DNA of 64,000 nt. Origin: Trichoplax adhaerens. Lineage: Eukaryota > Animalia > Placozoa. The DNA is taken from positions 6,688,299 through 6,752,298 of the forward strand of contig NW_002060943.1 of assembly GCF_000150275.1 (NCBI RefSeq), read 5' to 3'. Made by a program: the position numbers and the translations under genes. This document shows, in pieces, positions 62,250 to 64,000 of this stretch; the first letter of the stretch is position 1; the number at the start of each line of letters is the position of its first letter. The notes under the pieces are model-generated. The model searched no databases and was not told the origin of the DNA. It saw only the letters and a program-made list of their open reading frames with translations.

Positions 62250-64000
62250 GTGAGTTGCTTGTCAATCAAAGAGATCGTGGGCAAAATGGCGTCAATAGCC
62301 TACAGGATAAATCAACTTCTCCAAAATGGAGAATTCCTACTAGCAACATCGCTCACTTTTCATCAATCTTGTTGATGACAGTTGAGTTGAGAAATGTTGA
62401 AATGAGTAGATCCTGCTTGACATGGAGACATTAGATGCAATGTAGTCACTAAATGTAGAATAATCGACTGCATATCCATTAGCTACAACCAGTAGCCCAA
62501 CACTCGTGACAGTGCCTTGATTCAAACATCGATCCATCGACCTTGATGTTCTTCAAGGGTGTATCATCATCGATAGGATGTTAAGGTCTAATAAAATATC
62601 TTTCATTAGTAGCCAATCAAACTCTATCGTGAATGGAAAATTTCATCAAGAGCATTTCAATATTACTGTATAAAGTATCATTCAAACTAAATTTAGGCGG
62701 TATATCCAGTATGGTAGAGGGACTGGTCCGTGAATCCAAATGGATTCTTTGCTGGCGCTAACACTGCATTTTTTTGCCTTCATTCCATACTAGAGTAGTC
62801 TTGAATGGAAACTAAAATTTGTGCTATAGTTATATCACATCATGGCTATCTTGCATGTGCGTCCTGTAGATACTGGCTCAAGTTGCTATCCAAAGACTAG
62901 TATCCGTCATCACGTCATTAGAATGGAGCTATCGCATCGGCCGCAATCAACAAATGGTACTCGGTAAATAGCAAGCGACTGTGCTTAGCAGTAATTCTCC
63001 TCTCCATCATACAATGGTAGAGGGCATACTCTTACAATTCTTGACCATCAAAGATGAATTCGTGATAGATAATTAATTAACGGTAGATTGTCCATGAAGA
63101 GAAAGAAATGTTTAACATTGGTTTCACATTTTTCGTTCCTATCTGCCAAGAACAACAACATTCAGAAATCCCAATATGGCCCAAGACTACAACTCGGAGG
63201 TGTTAGTGATGTACACGCTTTTACTGACAGTACATTGTGTAATTGTTCCGCATTGGACTGTACTTTCAATTCTAGTAATGTTAAAAGATAGATTGTTATT
63301 ATAGAGACACTATTATTTTAGAGGAGGACTATTTTTCATCCTATATTTGTTAAAGCGAGATTGAGCATTGTGAAACAGTGATACATCAGCTCAAAACTGT
63401 ATCGTCAATTGAATCCGTATTAAAATAACGAAGTAGAATTGGCTTGTGATTATCAAATTGCCACTGCTGAAAAAAAGAATGGCAGTACTGAATGATCTAC
63501 TGTGCTCAGGCTTTACGTCTAGTATATTCTTATGTTAATCACAATATCTTGGTATTTGAACCATATTGAAGAAAATCAACCTGAGATTCCATGATCGATT
63601 TTAGGACTACTAAATTGGCCCTATTTTTCGACCAGTCCCTTCTAAAATAGGCACAGTAGTTAGTTCTAGGATCGATGATATTATCACTTCGGACACCAGT
63701 CACTTGTTGATAGAACTATATACTATATAGTTTGTACAGTACCATGGACTGCGCTATTGAATACTCATTTATTTATTTTTAAAGTAATACCCTCCTTCCG
63801 CAAAACGTTACGATTGGATACAAGATTTTTAGGTATACTGGTAATATTAACAGGGGATTGAAGAGATAAACTGTCTATCAATAGGCAAGATATTCTTCAA
63901 CTTTGTTGTGTTTACAGCGGTGGGGGTAATGGATGATATCGATATCGGATAGCCATACGACAGGAAAGATAATTTTGTAATACTTTTACTAATGGAGGGA

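Noticed and set aside
62250-64000. IPO7 exon 2 or an intronic snoRNA
   Set aside because: No segment translating to the expected importin N-terminal continuation, and no convincing box C/D or H/ACA layout.

Overview
Eukaryotic, AT-rich, short-intron animal genomic DNA, most consistent with a placozoan such as Trichoplax (inferred from composition, intron sizes and intronless orphan GPCR clusters; not verified). A compact block at about 6-28 kb holds SERGEF (+, 10 exons), an unnamed ZU5(HFS)-UPA-death-domain gene (-, about 10 exons, PIDD1/UNC5CL/DTHD1-like), intronless TXNL4A/Dim1 (+), GATD1/PDDC1 (-, 8 exons) and a DLG-type L27 + Q/P/N-rich linker + single-PDZ gene (+; apparent frameshift in the L27 exon and a 12-nt micro-exon). 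A gene-poor block at about 28-60 kb holds four intronless class A GPCR paralogs with a shared charged-pocket signature and a possible decayed fifth. The first coding exon of importin-7 starts near 62.2 kb. The main unexplained structure is non-coding. All four housekeeping-type promoter regions are dense in palindromic CTGTACA/CAGTAC repeats that are sparse around the GPCRs. Two of them, 41 kb apart, share a gap-free 90-bp element that looks like a transposon terminal repeat. Several 130-210 bp tandem duplications sit next to 5' ends. Exon boundaries were read by hand from GT-AG signals and frame continuity; family comparisons are from memory, not database searches.
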